A DNA stretch of 64,000 nucleotides, taken from contig OZ244899.1 in the NCBI GenBank assembly GCA_965221645.1, positions 2,581,458-2,645,457 of the forward strand, given 5' to 3'. The notes under the pieces are model-generated. The model saw only the letters and a list, made by a program, of their open reading frames with translations. It was not told where the DNA came from and searched no databases. This stretch comes from Alphaproteobacteria bacterium. Its GTDB lineage: Bacteria > Pseudomonadota > Alphaproteobacteria > Bin65. Within the stretch, counting starts at the first letter, position 1. Every line of letters starts with the position of its first letter. Shown piece after piece: positions 61,206-64,000 of the stretch. Position numbers and translations under genes: made by a program.

Positions 61206-64000
61206 TCACTGGAAGTCGCGCGACTTTGGGATCGTGCGCTGGTTGCGCGGATGGCGTGACGGGAAGGTGCGGAGGTCGGTCGACGAGACTACAGGGCTTT
61301 CCAAGCCTTCCGGCGTCAGCAGGTCAAGCCAGGCGGTCAGGTCGTCGAGACGGTCGGCGACGAGATGGACGATTGTGCCGACGCGCTGGACGCGGCCTCG
61401 GACAAGGGCGAGGCGCGCACCCAATACCGCCTTGCGGCAACGCTCCAGCACGTGTTTCCGAACCACGATGTTCACGATACCGGTTTCGTCCTCCAACGTC
61501 ATGAATATGATGCCGCCGGCGCTGCCGGGCCGTTGGCGGACCAATACGATGCCGGCTGCGACTACACGTGTGCCGTCACGCGCCGTGGCGATTGTCCCGG
61601 CTGCAAGCGCGCCACGTTTTTTCAGGCGCGGGCGCAGGAACTTGAGCGGATGGGCCCGGAGCGAGAGCCGAAGCATGCGGTAGTCCTCTACCACCTCTTC
61701 ACTCGGCCCCATCGGGGGCAGGGCGATGGATGGTACTGCTATCTTCACCGTATCTTCAACCGGTTCGCCCGTCGCCTTGAACAGCGGTAGCGGCGGCGTC
61801 CTTTCGAGCGCGCTGGCCTGCCAGAGCGCCTGACGCCTGTCGAGCCCCATGGAGCCGAAGGCGTCAGCGGCGGCCAGCGTCTTGATGGCCGCGACCTCAA
61901 GTCCGGTTCCGTGCTGCAGGGCGGCGATATCCGGCCATGGCCGCGCGGCGCGGCCGGCGATGAGACGTCTGGCATCTTCCCGTCTGAGGCCAGCGACTTG
62001 ACGGAGCCCGAGACGGAGTGCATGGGTCCCGTCCGCCATGCGTTCCAGCCGGTTGTTCCAGCCGCTCGCATGGACATCGACCGGTCGCACTTCCACCCCG
62101 TGCTCGCGGGCGTCGCGCACGATCTGAGCGGGGGCATAGAAACCCATCGGTTGCGCATTGAGCAGGGCACAGGCGAAGACCTCGGGGTGGCGGCACTTGA
62201 GCCAGGAGGATATCCAGACCAAAAGCGCAAAGCTTGCGGCATGGGATTCCGGGAAGCCGTAATCACCGAAACCTTCGATCTGGTGGAAACAGCGCGCCGC
62301 CAGTTCCGGATCGTAGCCGCGCGCGATCATCCGTCCCACCATCCGATCCCGGAGCTTGCCGAGCGTGCCGCGCTTGCGGAAGGTGGCCATGGCGTGGCGA
62401 AGCGCGTCGGCCTCATCCGGCGTGAACCTTGCCGCCACCATGGCGACGCGCATCGCCTGTTCCTGGAAGAGCGGCACGCCGAGTGTCTTCTCCAGCACCT
62501 GGCGCAACTCGTCTGGCGGTCCGTGCGCGGGCGCAGGTGCCGGATAGACCACCTTTTCCAGGCGGTCGCGACGGCGCAGATAGGGATGTACCATGTCACC
62601 CTGGATCGGGCCCGGCCGCACGATTGCCACCTCGATCACCAGATCGTAGAAGCAGCGCGGCTTCAGCCGCGGCAGCATGGTCATCTGCGCTCTGCTCTCG
62701 ATCTGGAAGACGCCCACCGTGTCGGCCCGGCATATCATGTTCCAGACCGCCGGATCCTCTGCCGGCACGGTGGCGAGCGTGAGGGTGCTGCCCTTGTGCG
62801 CCGCCAGCAGCTCGAACGCCTGACGGATGCAGGTCAGCATGCCGAGGCCGAGGACATCAACCTTCATCAGTCCTGCAGCCGCAAGATCGTCCTTGTCCCA
62901 TTCGATGAAGGTACGCTCCTTCATCGCTGCGTTGCCAACCGGCACGATTTCGTCGAGCCGGTTGCGAGTCAGCACGAATCCGCCGACATGCTGCGAGAGG
63001 TGGCGGGGAAAGCCTTGCAGTTCCCTCGCCAGCGCCAGGGTCCGGCGCAGCAGCGGGTCTCCGGGATCAAGCCCGGTCTCGCGGATCCGCTGGTCGGGAA
63101 TACGCTCCTGCCGGGTATGCCTTGCGGCGCCGGCAAGCGCGGCGACGGTATCTTCCGAAAGCCCCATTGCCTTGCCGACATCGCGCACGGCGCTGCGCGC
63201 GCGGTAGCAAATGACGGTAGCGGCGATCCCGGCGCGCTCACGCCCATAGCGCTTGTAGATATGCTGGATGACTTCTTCGCGCCGTTCGTGCTCGAAATCG
63301 ACATCGATATCGGGCGGTTCGCGACGCTCCCGGGAGACGAAGCGCTCGAACAGCAGGTCGATCCGTGCCGGATCGATGGCGGTGATGCCGAGGCAGTAGC
63401 AGACCGCCGAGTTTGCCGCCGAACCACGGCCCTGGCAGAGGATGCCCTTGCTGTCGGCGAAGCGCACGATGTCGTGGACAGTGAGGAAATAAGGCGCGTA
63501 GTCCAGCTCGCCGATCAGCCCGAGTTCGTGCCGGAGCGCGCCGCGGACCTTTTCCGGAATGCCGCCCGGATAGCGCCATGCCGCGCCCTTCCAGACAAGT
63601 GCCTCCAGATACTGCTGCGGCGTGCTGCCGGGAGGCGTCGGTTCGTCGGGATACTCGTGGGCGAACTCGTCCAGACTGAAGGTGCACAGGGCCGCCGCTT
63701 CGAGGCTCCGTGCGACGGCGTCCTCATGACCACGGAAGAGCCGCGCGATTTCGGTGCCGTCCTTGAGATGGCGCTCTGCATGAGCGGCGAGGCGCCAGCC
63801 CGCTTCCGCTACGGTGACACGTTCGCGGATGGCTGTCAGCACGTCCTGGAGAGGCCGACGTCCGGGGCGGTGATAGTGCACGTCATTGGTGGCGAGCAGC
63901 GGCGTCCCGACACGCGCTGCCAGTGTCGCCAAGCGACAAAGCCGGGCGCGATCGTGACCGCGGTACAGCATGTGTGCAGCGAGATAGAGCGGTCCCTCGT
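61206..64000 (-). CDS. dnaE2: Error-prone DNA polymerase III alpha, DnaE2/ImuC (5' part outside window)
   Basis: GRGSAANS, PPDIDVDFEHERREE, FPRHLSQHVGG, YGFPESHA, C-terminal SRDFQ. Confidence 0.95.
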   Translation of the reverse strand, partial: EGPLYLAAHMLYRGHDRARLCRLATLAARVGTPLLATNDVHYHRPGRRPLQDVLTAIRERVTVAEAGWRLAAHAERHLKDGTEIARLFRGHEDAVARSLEAAALCTFSLDEFAHEYPDEPTPPGSTPQQYLEALVWKGAAWRYPGGIPEKVRGALRHELGLIGELDYAPYFLTVHDIVRFADSKGILCQGRGSAANSAVCYCLGITAIDPARIDLLFERFVSRERREPPDIDVDFEHERREEVIQHIYKRYGRERAGIAATVICYRARSAVRDVGKAMGLSEDTVAALAGAARHTRQERIPDQRIRETGLDPGDPLLRRTLALARELQGFPRHLSQHVGGFVLTRNRLDEIVPVGNAAMKERTFIEWDKDDLAAAGLMKVDVLGLGMLTCIRQAFELLAAHKGSTLTLATVPAEDPAVWNMICRADTVGVFQIESRAQMTMLPRLKPRCFYDLVIEVAIVRPGPIQGDMVHPYLRRRDRLEKVVYPAPAPAHGPPDELRQVLEKTLGVPLFQEQAMRVAMVAARFTPDEADALRHAMATFRKRGTLGKLRDRMVGRMIARGYDPELAARCFHQIEGFGDYGFPESHAASFALLVWISSWLKCRHPEVFACALLNAQPMGFYAPAQIVRDAREHGVEVRPVDVHASGWNNRLERMADGTHALRLGLRQVAGLRREDARRLIAGRAARPWPDIAALQHGTGLEVAAIKTLAAADAFGSMGLDRRQALWQASALERTPPLPLFKATGEPVEDTVKIAVPSIALPPMGPSEEVVEDYRMLRLSLRAHPLKFLRPRLKKRGALAAGTIATARDGTRVVAAGIVLVRQRPGSAGGIIFMTLEDETGIVNIVVRKHVLERCRKAVLGARLALVRGRVQRVGTIVHLVADRLDDLTAWLDLLTPEGLESPVVSSTDLRTFPSRHPRNQRTIPKSRDFQ

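Noticed and set aside
1-64000. CRISPR arrays, tRNA and rRNA genes
   Set aside because: No regularly spaced repeats or recognisable stable-RNA sequences seen by eye; tRNAscan-SE, Infernal and a CRISPR finder would be the decisive checks.

Overview
High-GC bacterial chromosomal segment; gene content (efp, thrB-rnhA, trmFO, DhnA-type aldolase, thiE, dnaE2) suggests an alphaproteobacterium. Housekeeping genes are interleaved with catabolic modules and much decayed DNA. The main blocks are: (1) an amide-utilisation operon (flotillin, urea/amide-type ABC transporter, an ABC ATPase fused in frame to an amidase, acyl-CoA synthetase, cysteine hydrolase, gamma-glutamyltransferase) with an AmiC-like/MarR regulator pair; (2) dgcN-dgcA-dat; (3) an acs gene with an IS-like compositional gradient; (4) a PhlA/PhlB-like fusion plus SCP-x thiolase; (5) an AhpD-like gene split by an in-frame UGA in a CxxU motif followed by a SECIS-like hairpin, i.e. 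a probable selenoprotein that the ORF track shows as two ORFs; (6) a three-subunit split-beta nitrile/thiocyanate hydratase; (7) a ~9 kb IS-bounded defence island (44871-53963) carrying a type II-like CBASS (patatin effector with an amber stop, CD-NTase, Cap2, no Cap3) transcribed divergently from an HTH-ImmA/IrrE peptidase fusion plus PIN-domain gene. I saw no rRNA, tRNA or CRISPR array. All family calls come from motif recognition by eye; no database searches were run.
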